Assembly: GCA_016784445.1 (NCBI GenBank)
Contig: JADHUR010000002.1
Location: forward strand, 31,092 to 95,091
Direction: 5' to 3'
Length of the DNA stretch: 64,000 bases
Source: Patescibacteria group bacterium
GTDB taxonomy: Bacteria; Patescibacteriota; Patescibacteriia; UBA1558
In this document: positions 22,128 to 31,428 of the stretch, one piece after another
Layout: the number at the start of each line of letters is the position of its first letter
Position numbering within the stretch: position 1 is the first letter of the stretch
Translations under genes and position numbers: made by a program
The notes under the pieces: model-generated
Told to the model about the DNA's origin: nothing
The model's input: the letters and a program-made list of their open reading frames with translations, nothing else
Database searches by the model: none

Positions 22128-22541
22128 ATGTTAAAAACAAGAAACAAGCAATTCTTCCTAAAAATATTCTTATTTTGTTTTTTGTTTATTATAATTTCTG
22201 CTCCTGCTTTACATGCCTCAGATGAAGTAATAGATAAAAATTTTGTTAAAGTCCTTAATGTTCAGAAGAATGCAATAGGAAACAATGATGAAACATCTGT
22301 ATCAACTATTATTATAAATATTCTTAAAATTGCATTAAGCTTTTTAGGAATACTCTTTGTTATTTTAATTATATGGTCAGGAGCTCAGTGGATGACCGCT
22401 GGTGGCAATGCAACAACAATTGAAACGGCAAAGAAAAGAATAATAAATTCTGTAATAGGCCTGGTAATAGTTTTAGGAGCCTTTGCTATAACAGAGTTTG
22501 TTCTAGACAATTTAATATCTGCTGTTGAAACAGAACAATAA
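22128..22541 (+). CDS. VirB2/TrbC-like pilin-family protein (array member 8)
   Basis: Core SGAQWMTAGGNATTIETAKKRIINS; a 36-nt block identical to member 5. Confidence 0.5.
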   Translation: MLKTRNKQFFLKIFLFCFLFIIISAPALHASDEVIDKNFVKVLNVQKNAIGNNDETSVSTIIINILKIALSFLGILFVILIIWSGAQWMTAGGNATTIETAKKRIINSVIGLVIVLGAFAITEFVLDNLISAVETEQ

Positions 22542-22542
22542 T

Positions 22543-22926
22543 ATGAAATATAAATTTATAACAATAAGCGCCCTATTAATATTTGTTTTTTTATTTAGCA
22601 TACAAGCTCAGGCAAGTGGTCTAAGTGATTTGGTTAATAGTGAGCTCGACACCGTTCAAGAGGGTATTACTGGCTCGACAACAGCAGCAAGTTTAGAAAA
22701 TATTATTATAAATATTGTTCATACGGTTTTAGGTTTTCTTGGATTAATATTTGTTGTTCTAATGATATGGTCAGGCTATCAATGGATGACATCTGGAGGA
22801 AATACAACCGCAATAGAAACTGCTAAGAAAAGAATCATAAATGCAGTAATTGGACTTGCTATTGTACTTGCAGCTTACTCCATAACTGAATTTTTAGTTA
22901 TACAAGTACTAAACGCTGTAAATTAA
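22543..22926 (+). CDS. VirB2/TrbC-like pilin-family protein (array member 9)
   Basis: Core SGYQWMTSGGNTTAIETAKKRIINA. ATG 22543 is preferred, which avoids overlap with member 8. Confidence 0.5.
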   Translation: MKYKFITISALLIFVFLFSIQAQASGLSDLVNSELDTVQEGITGSTTAASLENIIINIVHTVLGFLGLIFVVLMIWSGYQWMTSGGNTTAIETAKKRIINAVIGLAIVLAAYSITEFLVIQVLNAVN

Positions 22927-22971
22927 ATACAATAAAAACAGCTATATAGCTGTTTTTTTATTTACCCCGTT

Positions 22972-24552
22972 TTACTGTACAAAATAGACCCAGGCGTCAT
23001 TATCTTCGTAGACAAGGTCAAAGTATATATTGCCCTCTAACTGCTCATTTAGGGCAGTTTTTTGCTTATTAACGAGTATATAGTCTGCGTCTAGCTTTCC
23101 TTTTAATAGCGCATAGACATTCTTACTACTTTTACCGTTCATAATATCAATATAGTCGTCTTTAGATTGATAATATTTATTACTTATGATGTTTTCGTCA
23201 AGCCCCCACCAATATCTATTATTATCATTATAATAAAATAAAGGTGCCCAATCTTCATAATCACTATTAATAATTAATGCATTATCTGGTGTGTGATAAT
23301 ATAACCACTCTGCTACAGGTTGCATATAATTTAAGCTATATTTATCTTTAATATCATTTAATGCATAATAAGTTGCCATTGGAAAAGACAGAATCACTAT
23401 TAATAAAATAGTTTTTATAGATAATCTTATTGCTTTAGATGAAAACAAATTAATCAGTGCGCTATTGAGACCTCTTCCCTTAAAACCATCTCTTAATATC
23501 AATGAAGATGTTAGAGATAATAGAATTAACAATAATCCCCCTCCCCATTGCACAAAAATATATACAATCGTAAACACCACTGTTAAAACAAATAAATTAA
23601 CGGTTAGTTTGGATAGTCTACTTTTAGAGAATAGTGCCGTTAAAACTCCAGACAAAAAAACCATGAAAATAATTATTGCTCCAGATAATAATTTGCTCAA
23701 ACTAAGTAATGCTCCTCCAGAATCATTATGCGTAGTTCTGTTTACAATTTGCTCTCCATAGAAAGATAAGCTCTCGGGCCAATAAGGATGAGCAATTAGT
23801 CCTATAATAACTCCCGCTAAACAAAATATTAATATTAACCACTTTTTTCTTCCCACCCCACTACGTAATCCTAACTTTCTCATCACCCAATCTTTTAGAT
23901 TTCCAAATCTTGTACCGAAATTATCTAAACTGTACTTGTGATACACAAATTCTATAATAAGCCACACCATAGCAATGAGTAAAAGAAAAACAAATTGGCC
24001 CGTTAACAAGACAATAAGCACACTTAATATTCCTAGTTGCCAATATCTATAATTCACAATCAAGTCCAGGCCTATTAATAAAGATAATAATGATATAGCT
24101 TCCGGTCCAGAAAAACCTATCTCATTTAAAAAGAATATAGAGCTAAATAACAAAAGTACAAATAATTCAGGCCACACCCCTTCGTGTTTTTCTAGCCAAT
24201 AATATACATAGGTTGCCAAAAAACCAATAAATAATGCACCAAATAATTTAACAACCAAAAAGGTAGGTAAAAATCCTATAAATAAACTAAGAAAGAAATG
24301 GTATAGCCAATTATTATCTGCAAATCCATCACTATAATTTGTTGACTCTAACCAATTAAAATTGTCTAATTTTAGCGAATTTTCGGATAATTCTATCATT
24401 TTAGATTGATAGAAGAAATCTGTTGTAAGAAAATTAGGAGTCGCCTGTATCCAGGAGAATAATATAAAGACAATTAAAAAAACCAGTAGGTAATTCAACC
24501 TATGATCTTTAATAAAATGTAATAGTTTTTGCCAATTGTTCTGTACTAGCAT
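22972..24552 (-). CDS. polytopic integral membrane protein, possibly a GT-C-fold glycosyltransferase (ArnT/PMT-like architecture)
   Basis: About 10 N-terminal TM helices plus a roughly 140-aa C-terminal soluble domain. Convergent with the pilin-like array. An extended -10 element (TGaTATAAT) lies 6 nt upstream of the ATG. Confidence 0.3.
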   Translation of the reverse strand: MLVQNNWQKLLHFIKDHRLNYLLVFLIVFILFSWIQATPNFLTTDFFYQSKMIELSENSLKLDNFNWLESTNYSDGFADNNWLYHFFLSLFIGFLPTFLVVKLFGALFIGFLATYVYYWLEKHEGVWPELFVLLLFSSIFFLNEIGFSGPEAISLLSLLIGLDLIVNYRYWQLGILSVLIVLLTGQFVFLLLIAMVWLIIEFVYHKYSLDNFGTRFGNLKDWVMRKLGLRSGVGRKKWLILIFCLAGVIIGLIAHPYWPESLSFYGEQIVNRTTHNDSGGALLSLSKLLSGAIIIFMVFLSGVLTALFSKSRLSKLTVNLFVLTVVFTIVYIFVQWGGGLLLILLSLTSSLILRDGFKGRGLNSALINLFSSKAIRLSIKTILLIVILSFPMATYYALNDIKDKYSLNYMQPVAEWLYYHTPDNALIINSDYEDWAPLFYYNDNNRYWWGLDENIISNKYYQSKDDYIDIMNGKSSKNVYALLKGKLDADYILVNKQKTALNEQLEGNIYFDLVYEDNDAWVYFVQ

Positions 24553-24573
24553 ACTGGTATTATATCACAGGGA

Positions 24574-24606
24574 AACAAAAAATCCCCAACAAGCATGGAA
24601 GTGGGG
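24574..24606 (-). terminator. terminator of the isomerase gene
   Basis: Hairpin atcccca / tggggat followed by a T-run on the minus strand. Confidence 0.5.
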
Positions 24607-24695
24607 ATTTGCCATTGAACCAAAGTAAATTGGCTCAGCATGGGGGCATATATAAAAAAGGATTTCTCCTCCCTTATAATAAAATATAATGTTGT

Positions 24696-25703
24696 TTACT
24701 TTTTCATCTCTTTCTTGAAGAAATCTACTGTTGGTATAGCAATCGGATCAACCTTGTTAACAACACTCATATAATAGCACAAGTAAGATGCAAGTTGCAA
24801 TGTGGATAAGCTGTCTTGAAGTGTCTTTTTCATTCCTGAACTAAGCTCAGCCCATTTAATTCCTTGTTTATTCAAGACCTTCTTTGTAACTTTCAATCTC
24901 TTTTGTATTTTTGATGAATATTTGCCTGAAGCCAAGAACACAACCATAGTCTTGGCCTTAATAAAGCCCTTAGGAAATGAAAATGCCTCCATCAAGTGAT
25001 GGTTTAACTCAGGAAGGGTGAAATATACTGCCATATTATCTGCCGTTTCATTGAGTTGATTACAAAATATGTGTGCATTGCCTTCTAAATGCTCTGCAGC
25101 CATTACTACAATCTGTTTATCTTTAATCTCCTTTGCTAAACTTTGCATTTCTTCATCCTTAACAGAAGAATTAGCCTTCATAATCTCATCTTCACTTATT
25201 TTTACCACTTCTACTTTGTGTAATAGTTGTATAAATGCTCCAATTGAATGTCCCAATCCCCATCTTGGCTCATTTGATGGATTAAAGTCCATGGGCAATA
25301 CAATTCCTGGAATTTTACCAACCATTTTTGAAAGTTTTCCACCTCCAGTAATAATATATCCCTTCAATTTGTTCTCTTGTACTTTCTTAGCCGCACTTAA
25401 AACCTCTTCCGTATTACCGGAATAGCTAGATAATATAACAAGAGTGTTCTTGTCTACAAATTTTGGTAAATTATAATCTGCATGAATAATAATTGGTACG
25501 TTCAATCTTTCGCTGAGGGCTTTTTGTACCATATGGAAACCAATATTAGATCCTCCCATTCCACAAATAACAATATTATTTATCTTTTTATAATTAACTG
25601 GTATTCTTGCTTTTTCCATTACAGTCCAAGCCTGTTCTATTTGAGCTGGTAATAACTCTATTGAACTATATACGCTTGCTCTATTTATTTCTAATTTGTT
25701 CAT
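24696..25703 (-). CDS. SIS-domain bifunctional phosphoglucose/phosphomannose isomerase-like protein
   Basis: 335 aa; VICGMGGSNIG SIS motif; two SIS-like halves. Confidence 0.6.
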   Translation of the reverse strand: MNKLEINRASVYSSIELLPAQIEQAWTVMEKARIPVNYKKINNIVICGMGGSNIGFHMVQKALSERLNVPIIIHADYNLPKFVDKNTLVILSSYSGNTEEVLSAAKKVQENKLKGYIITGGGKLSKMVGKIPGIVLPMDFNPSNEPRWGLGHSIGAFIQLLHKVEVVKISEDEIMKANSSVKDEEMQSLAKEIKDKQIVVMAAEHLEGNAHIFCNQLNETADNMAVYFTLPELNHHLMEAFSFPKGFIKAKTMVVFLASGKYSSKIQKRLKVTKKVLNKQGIKWAELSSGMKKTLQDSLSTLQLASYLCYYMSVVNKVDPIAIPTVDFFKKEMKK

Positions 25704-25813
25704 GTATATATTTTACAGTTTTTTTAGTACTTCTACAACCATTAAATAGCTATATTTCTTGCCTTTTAGACTGTATTTTGCTAATATTACAACGTTATTA
25801 TTAATATAAAGAG

Positions 25814-26521
25814 ATGTCCGGACACTCCAAATGGGCCACTACAAAACGTGCCAAAGAAGGTAAAGACGCAAAACGAAGCGGTCTTTTTACTAAATTAGCT
25901 AAAGCAATTTCTATTGCCGCTAGAGATGGTGGCGATCCAGAAATGAATTTCAAACTTCGAATGGCCATAGATAGAGCTAAAAAGCTGAGCCTTCCAAAAG
26001 ATAATATTGATCGTGCAATTAAATCTGGAACAGGCGAAAATGGTGGAGCAATAATTGAAGAAATTACCTATGAGGGTTATGGACCTGGTGGAATAGCTCT
26101 TATTATTGAAACGATTACTGATAATAAAAATAGAACCGTTGGTGAGGTTAAACATATGCTCAGTAAATATGGTGGTAATTTGGGTGGGAGCGGAAGTGTA
26201 ATGTGGATGTTTGATAGAAAAGGAGTCATCTATTTAGAAAGCTCTTCCATAAATGAAGAGCAAGAATTAATAATAATTGATGCGGGTGCTGAAGATATTA
26301 TTACTGATGACAATTCTGTTATTATATACACCTTAGATAGCGACCTTCATAAAATTAAGGAGCAATTAGAAAAAAATGGTTTTGATATTTCTGACAGTAA
26401 ATTAGAATTTGTTCCAAAAGACAAAGCTGCAGTTGAAAGTGAAGAAAAAGTACTTAGAATACTAGACGCTCTTGATGATCTTGATGATGTTCAAAATATT
26501 TATACTAATGCAGACATTTAA
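25814..26521 (+). CDS. yebC: YebC/PmpR-family transcriptional regulator
   Basis: MSGHSKWATTKRAKEGKDAKRSGLFTKLAKAISIAARDGGDPEMNFKLR is the canonical YebC N-terminus. Confidence 0.9.
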   Translation: MSGHSKWATTKRAKEGKDAKRSGLFTKLAKAISIAARDGGDPEMNFKLRMAIDRAKKLSLPKDNIDRAIKSGTGENGGAIIEEITYEGYGPGGIALIIETITDNKNRTVGEVKHMLSKYGGNLGGSGSVMWMFDRKGVIYLESSSINEEQELIIIDAGAEDIITDDNSVIIYTLDSDLHKIKEQLEKNGFDISDSKLEFVPKDKAAVESEEKVLRILDALDDLDDVQNIYTNADI

Positions 26522-27027
26522 TGTTTAAAAAGAAGAAACAAATAATTTTAGGAATTGATCCTGGCTTTGCAGATACCGGTTATGGTATTATTGAATTTGA
26601 AGGAAGCAAGTCTAAGATGCTTGACTATGGTTCTATTCAAACTCCAGCCAAACAAGATTTTGCTGATCGTTTAGAATATATATACAATGAACTTGTTGAA
26701 ATAATAAAAAAATACAAACCTCAAAGTATTGGAATTGAAAAACTTTTTTTTAATAAGAATGTAACGAGCGCTATTAAAGTAAGTCAAGCACGTGGAATTG
26801 TACTACTAGCTGCTAAACAATATGGTCTTAAAATACACGAATATACACCTCTTCAGATTAAACAATCTTTAACCGGCTATGGAAGAGCAGATAAGAACCA
26901 AATGCAACAAATGGTAAAAACTATACTGTCTCTAAAAGAAATTCCCAAACCTGATGATGCTGCAGATGCCCTAGCAATAGCACTTTGTTGCTCTGCTAGT
27001 CAAAAACTTGAAAATTTAAGCAAATAA
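26521..27027 (+). CDS. ruvC: crossover junction endodeoxyribonuclease RuvC
   Basis: ILGIDPGFADTGYGII and DDAADALAIAL catalytic motifs; classic yebC-ruvC linkage. Confidence 0.9.
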   Translation: MFKKKKQIILGIDPGFADTGYGIIEFEGSKSKMLDYGSIQTPAKQDFADRLEYIYNELVEIIKKYKPQSIGIEKLFFNKNVTSAIKVSQARGIVLLAAKQYGLKIHEYTPLQIKQSLTGYGRADKNQMQQMVKTILSLKEIPKPDDAADALAIALCCSASQKLENLSK

Positions 27028-27065
27028 AAACACATTAGAAAGACTAAGGTGTTTTTTAATTTTAT

Positions 27066-28256
27066 TTATTTTAATTCAACAAACTTTCTCTTGCCAACTT
27101 GTATAATATCTCCTGACTTATAATCATCTTTATCCCAACTCTCAACTATTATATCATTTACTTTAACTCCTTTTTGTTCAACCAATCTTCGTCCTTCACT
27201 CTTAGATATTGCCATCTCTAACTCTATTAATAAGTCTAATGTGTTTAAACCTTTCGTAAAGTTTTTCTTTTCAATGTCTACAGGCTTTTGTTTATTACTA
27301 AATATATTTACAAATTCTTCGGCAGCTTTTTCAGCATCTTTTTCACTATGATAAATCTTAATAATCTCCTTTGCTAATTTAATTTTTATATCTCTAGGGT
27401 TCGCGTCAGATTTTAACAATTGTTCCACCTCAGCCAGTTCATTTTCAGAAACTCTTGTACATAATTCAAAATAACTATAAATTAATTCATCGGGTATAGA
27501 CATAAGTTTACCAAACATTTCATTAGCAGAATCACTTATGCCAATATAATTTCCTAAAGACTGACTCATTTTCATAGTACCGTCTGTTCCAACAAGAAGC
27601 GGCATAATAACAATATCCTGTGGCTCTTGACCAGCTTCTTCTTGTAATGGTCTCGCTTGAAGTTCATTAAACTTTTGATCTGACCCAATAACTGTTAAGT
27701 CCGATTTTAATTCTACAGAATCATAACCTTGCAAAATTGGATACACAGGTTCATGATAATATATTTCCTTCTCCTCTTTAATTCTTTTTTGAAACATATC
27801 TCTTTCAAGCATACGGGCAACTGTAAATTTAGACATAAGTTTTAACATGTCTTCTCCTGAAAATTTGTCATACCACTCTCCATTATATCTAATCTCTACT
27901 TTCTTAATGTCTAAAATCTTACTCAATTGCTTGACATAGTTCTTGCCCATTTCCAAAACCTCTTTCTTCCCTCTCATTTCCCTAGCCTTACCTTTATCTG
28001 TAGGATCGCCAAAACGAGCGGTAAAAGAACCGACTAAAAACACAATCTTATGTCCAAGCTCCTGAAATTGTCTGAGTTTTTCATAAACAACAGCATGTCC
28101 CAGGGTTAAATCTTTAGAAGTTGGGTCCACTCCGTGCTTTACTCTTAATTGCTTGCCAGATAATAGTTTTTTTCTAAGTTCCTTGTCCACCACAATTTCC
28201 TGCACCCCTCTAGTTAAAACTGCTTCAACGGCTGCTTTGTCATTATTTACTTTCAT
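27066..28256 (-). CDS. tyrS: tyrosine--tRNA ligase
   Basis: Class I tRNA synthetase with HIGH-like LTLGH and KMSQS motifs, and a C-terminal S4 RNA-binding domain. Confidence 0.85.
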   Translation of the reverse strand: MKVNNDKAAVEAVLTRGVQEIVVDKELRKKLLSGKQLRVKHGVDPTSKDLTLGHAVVYEKLRQFQELGHKIVFLVGSFTARFGDPTDKGKAREMRGKKEVLEMGKNYVKQLSKILDIKKVEIRYNGEWYDKFSGEDMLKLMSKFTVARMLERDMFQKRIKEEKEIYYHEPVYPILQGYDSVELKSDLTVIGSDQKFNELQARPLQEEAGQEPQDIVIMPLLVGTDGTMKMSQSLGNYIGISDSANEMFGKLMSIPDELIYSYFELCTRVSENELAEVEQLLKSDANPRDIKIKLAKEIIKIYHSEKDAEKAAEEFVNIFSNKQKPVDIEKKNFTKGLNTLDLLIELEMAISKSEGRRLVEQKGVKVNDIIVESWDKDDYKSGDIIQVGKRKFVELK

Positions 28257-28370
28257 TGCTACTTTTTAATTGTTATTTAATAACCCTATTATAACAGATA
28301 ATGTTTCATTGAAAAAACCCTTGTAAAATGGTAATATTTATGATGAAAAGATATTTTTATAGAAATTGTA

Positions 28371-31286
28371 ATGCCTATACCTCAACTTGCTATGAAATCT
28401 CCACAGAGCTGGAAACAACATAAGCAAAAACCAAAGAGAAGAAAAAAACAAAGTAAGATTCCTAAACTGCGAAGACCTAAAAAGAGCACTTCAAAGAATA
28501 GACCCGCTTTAATAAAAAAGCTTTTAAAGTTGTTTAAGAACAACTCTCGTTTTTTAATTAAGCTTGGACTCTCAGTTGTGCTTGTTGGTTTTGTTTCCGT
28601 AACCCTTTTATTTGCTTATTATGCAAAAGATTTACCTGATCCTAATAAAATAATTGATAGGACAGTGGCACAAAGCACCAAAATATATGATCGAACAGGA
28701 GAGGAATTATTATATGAAATATCTGGTGATCAAAAAAGAACATTAGTTGATCTTGATCAAATACAAGACCACACAATTAATGCAACTATATCTATAGAGG
28801 ATAAGAATTTTTATAAACACGGTGGTATATCTATATGGGGAATTATTCGTGGTCAAATTGTTCCGAGATTACAAGGAAAGCCTGCTCAGGGCGGATCAAC
28901 ACTAACACAACAACTTGTTAAAAATGCTATATTAACAAATGAAAGAAAAATCTCTCGTAAAATAAAAGAGTGGATCTTATCTTATAGAATTGAACAGAAA
29001 TTCACTAAAGATGAAATCTTAAAACTATATTTTAATGAGATTCCTTATGGGTCAAATGTCTATGGAGTGGAAGCGGCTTCAAATTATTATTTTGGTAAAC
29101 ATTCTAGTGAATTAGTTATTGCTGAGTCTGCAATTCTCGCCGCCCTCCCACAAGCTCCTTCTTTCTATTCTCCTTATGGCTCAAACAAAGATCGTCTAAT
29201 AGGCAGGCAACAATATATTATTGATTTAATGGTTGACCAAGGATATATACAAGAAGATGAAGCGCTCACAGCTAAAGAATATGAATTAGATTTTAAAAAT
29301 CGTATAACAAATATTACGGCTCCTCACTTTGTTCTTTATATTAAAGAATATTTAGCAAATAAATATGGTGATCAAATGATTGAGCAAGGTGGTCTTAAAA
29401 TTATTACCACCCTCGATCTTGATGCTCAAACTGCAGCTGAGGAGGCTATATCAGAGAGAGTCGAGAGAAATGAAACAAATTACAATGCTACCAATGCCGC
29501 CCTTGTTGCAATAGATGTTCAGTCTGGTCAAATTATTTCAATGGTAGGTTCTAGAGATTATTTTGATGACGAAATTGATGGTCAGGTTAATGTTACAGTA
29601 CAACAAAGGCAACCAGGTAGTTCTTTTAAGCCTCTTGTATATTTAACAGGTTTTACTAAAGGTTATACCCCTGAATCAATACTCTTTGATTTAAACACTT
29701 CCTTTAAAGCAGAGCCTAATGCTTATGAACCAAAAAACTATGACCTAAAAGAGCATGGTCCGGTTTCTGTTCGTAAGGCATTAGCCGGTTCATTAAATAC
29801 TCCTGCTGTTAAAATGATATATTTAGCAGGTGTTAGTAATGTTTTAGACCTCGCTGATTCATTGGGCTATTCAAGTTTTGGAGACAGGTCACGCTTTGGA
29901 TTATCTTTAGTTTTAGGTGGTGGAGAAGTACAATTACTTGAGCATGTAAACTCTTTTGCAGCCTTCTCAAGAGAAGGTGTTTGGTATCCATATTCAAGCA
30001 TATTAAGAGTAGAAGATGGCGATGGTAGAGTTCTTGAAGAATATCACAAACCTAAAGGAGAAAGAGTTGTTGATGCCAATTATACTCGCATGTTGTCTGA
30101 CGTCTTATCTGACAACCCTGCACGTGCTTATGCCTTTGGGGAGTCCAATTACCTAACTCTTGCTAATAGGCCAGTAGCGGCCAAAACAGGTACCACAGAC
30201 GACTATAGAGATGCTTGGACAGTTGGTTATACTCCCTATCAAGTAGCGGCTGGTGTTTGGGTTGGTAATAATGACAATTCGGAAATGAAACTTGGTGCCG
30301 CAGGTGGTGTTGTAGCTGCTCCAATCTGGCAAGCTTTCTTAAATAAATATTTAGCAAATAAAGAGATAAAGTCTTTCACTAAACCTTCCATTATTAATTC
30401 TGACAAACCAATGATCGGTGGTTTTATGGAAGGTGGCGATTCTATCTCAATAGATAAATTCTCTGGCAAACTTGCTACAGAATTTACACCCGATGAAGCT
30501 ATTATAGAAAAGAAGTTTTTAGAAGTTCATAATATATTACATTATGTAGAAAGAGGAGACCCAACGGGGCCTAGTCCTTTAAACCCAGAAGACAATTATC
30601 AATATGAAAATTGGGAAGAGCCTGTTATTAAATGGGCCACCGAACAAGATATTATAGCTGAGAAAGCACCAACAGATTTTGATAATGTTCATCTACCCCA
30701 AGACAAGCCATCAATAAATATTACCTCCCCTTCTCATAATTATAAAGTTACAAATGGTCAATTATCTATTACGGTTAATGCCGGTGCTCCGCGCGGAGCA
30801 AGAAAGGTTACCTATTTATTGGATAATAAAATCATAGGTGAAATATCCGTTCAACCCTTTACTTTTACTTATACAATTTATCCTAATATACAAAACGGTG
30901 AGCACACTTTAACGGCTAAAGTTTATGATGACTTATTGAACAATAATGAAGACTCTATTATATTAATTTTTGACAGAGAAGAATATATAAAATCTTCGTG
31001 GGTTTCTCCTAGTAGTGGAATAACTTTAGATTCGTTTGACTTTCCTTACTCCTTAAGTTTAAGTGTTGATAATTTTGAAATCTTAAGACAGGTAGACTTT
31101 TATTATAAATTAGATTCTTCCAATCAATCTAGTTGGCTGGGCGCAGTTAAAAACATAAATAATAAATTAATTACTTTAACTTGGGCAAATAAGCCAGAGA
31201 TTGGAATATATAAAGCCTATCCGGTGTTTACAGATATTTATAATCAAGTTGTGCAAGGAGATAATATAACAATTAATATAGAATAA
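28371..31286 (+). CDS. class A penicillin-binding protein (bifunctional glycosyltransferase/transpeptidase, PBP1A-like) with a long C-terminal extension
   Basis: GT51 motifs (EDKNFYKHGGI, QGGSTLTQQL), and transpeptidase motifs SSFK, SLN and KTGTT. Confidence 0.9.
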   Translation: MPIPQLAMKSPQSWKQHKQKPKRRKKQSKIPKLRRPKKSTSKNRPALIKKLLKLFKNNSRFLIKLGLSVVLVGFVSVTLLFAYYAKDLPDPNKIIDRTVAQSTKIYDRTGEELLYEISGDQKRTLVDLDQIQDHTINATISIEDKNFYKHGGISIWGIIRGQIVPRLQGKPAQGGSTLTQQLVKNAILTNERKISRKIKEWILSYRIEQKFTKDEILKLYFNEIPYGSNVYGVEAASNYYFGKHSSELVIAESAILAALPQAPSFYSPYGSNKDRLIGRQQYIIDLMVDQGYIQEDEALTAKEYELDFKNRITNITAPHFVLYIKEYLANKYGDQMIEQGGLKIITTLDLDAQTAAEEAISERVERNETNYNATNAALVAIDVQSGQIISMVGSRDYFDDEIDGQVNVTVQQRQPGSSFKPLVYLTGFTKGYTPESILFDLNTSFKAEPNAYEPKNYDLKEHGPVSVRKALAGSLNTPAVKMIYLAGVSNVLDLADSLGYSSFGDRSRFGLSLVLGGGEVQLLEHVNSFAAFSREGVWYPYSSILRVEDGDGRVLEEYHKPKGERVVDANYTRMLSDVLSDNPARAYAFGESNYLTLANRPVAAKTGTTDDYRDAWTVGYTPYQVAAGVWVGNNDNSEMKLGAAGGVVAAPIWQAFLNKYLANKEIKSFTKPSIINSDKPMIGGFMEGGDSISIDKFSGKLATEFTPDEAIIEKKFLEVHNILHYVERGDPTGPSPLNPEDNYQYENWEEPVIKWATEQDIIAEKAPTDFDNVHLPQDKPSINITSPSHNYKVTNGQLSITVNAGAPRGARKVTYLLDNKIIGEISVQPFTFTYTIYPNIQNGEHTLTAKVYDDLLNNNEDSIILIFDREEYIKSSWVSPSSGITLDSFDFPYSLSLSVDNFEILRQVDFYYKLDSSNQSSWLGAVKNINNKLITLTWANKPEIGIYKAYPVFTDIYNQVVQGDNITINIE

Positions 31287-31308
31287 TAAATATTTCTTTC
31301 AACCAAAA

Positions 31309-31340
31309 AACCGACTCTTATAAAGGGTCGGTTTTTTAGG
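31309..31340. terminator. bidirectional terminator between the PBP gene and dnaN
   Basis: Stem aaccgac / gtcggtt flanked by an A-run and a T-run. Confidence 0.55.
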
Positions 31341-31428
31341 TAGCCCCCATGCCTGAGAACTATATCTTAAAAGGAAGTGGTGAGCGACTGAGCAAGCTCT
31401 GTCGCCATACCGCCCCAGATAAGTAAAA

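Noticed and set aside
18919-22926. Diversity-generating retroelement (template/variable repeat) explanation for the pilin-array repeats
   Set aside because: The repeated blocks fall in the conserved core rather than in the variable region. No reverse-transcriptase gene is present. The differences between copies are not adenine-specific.
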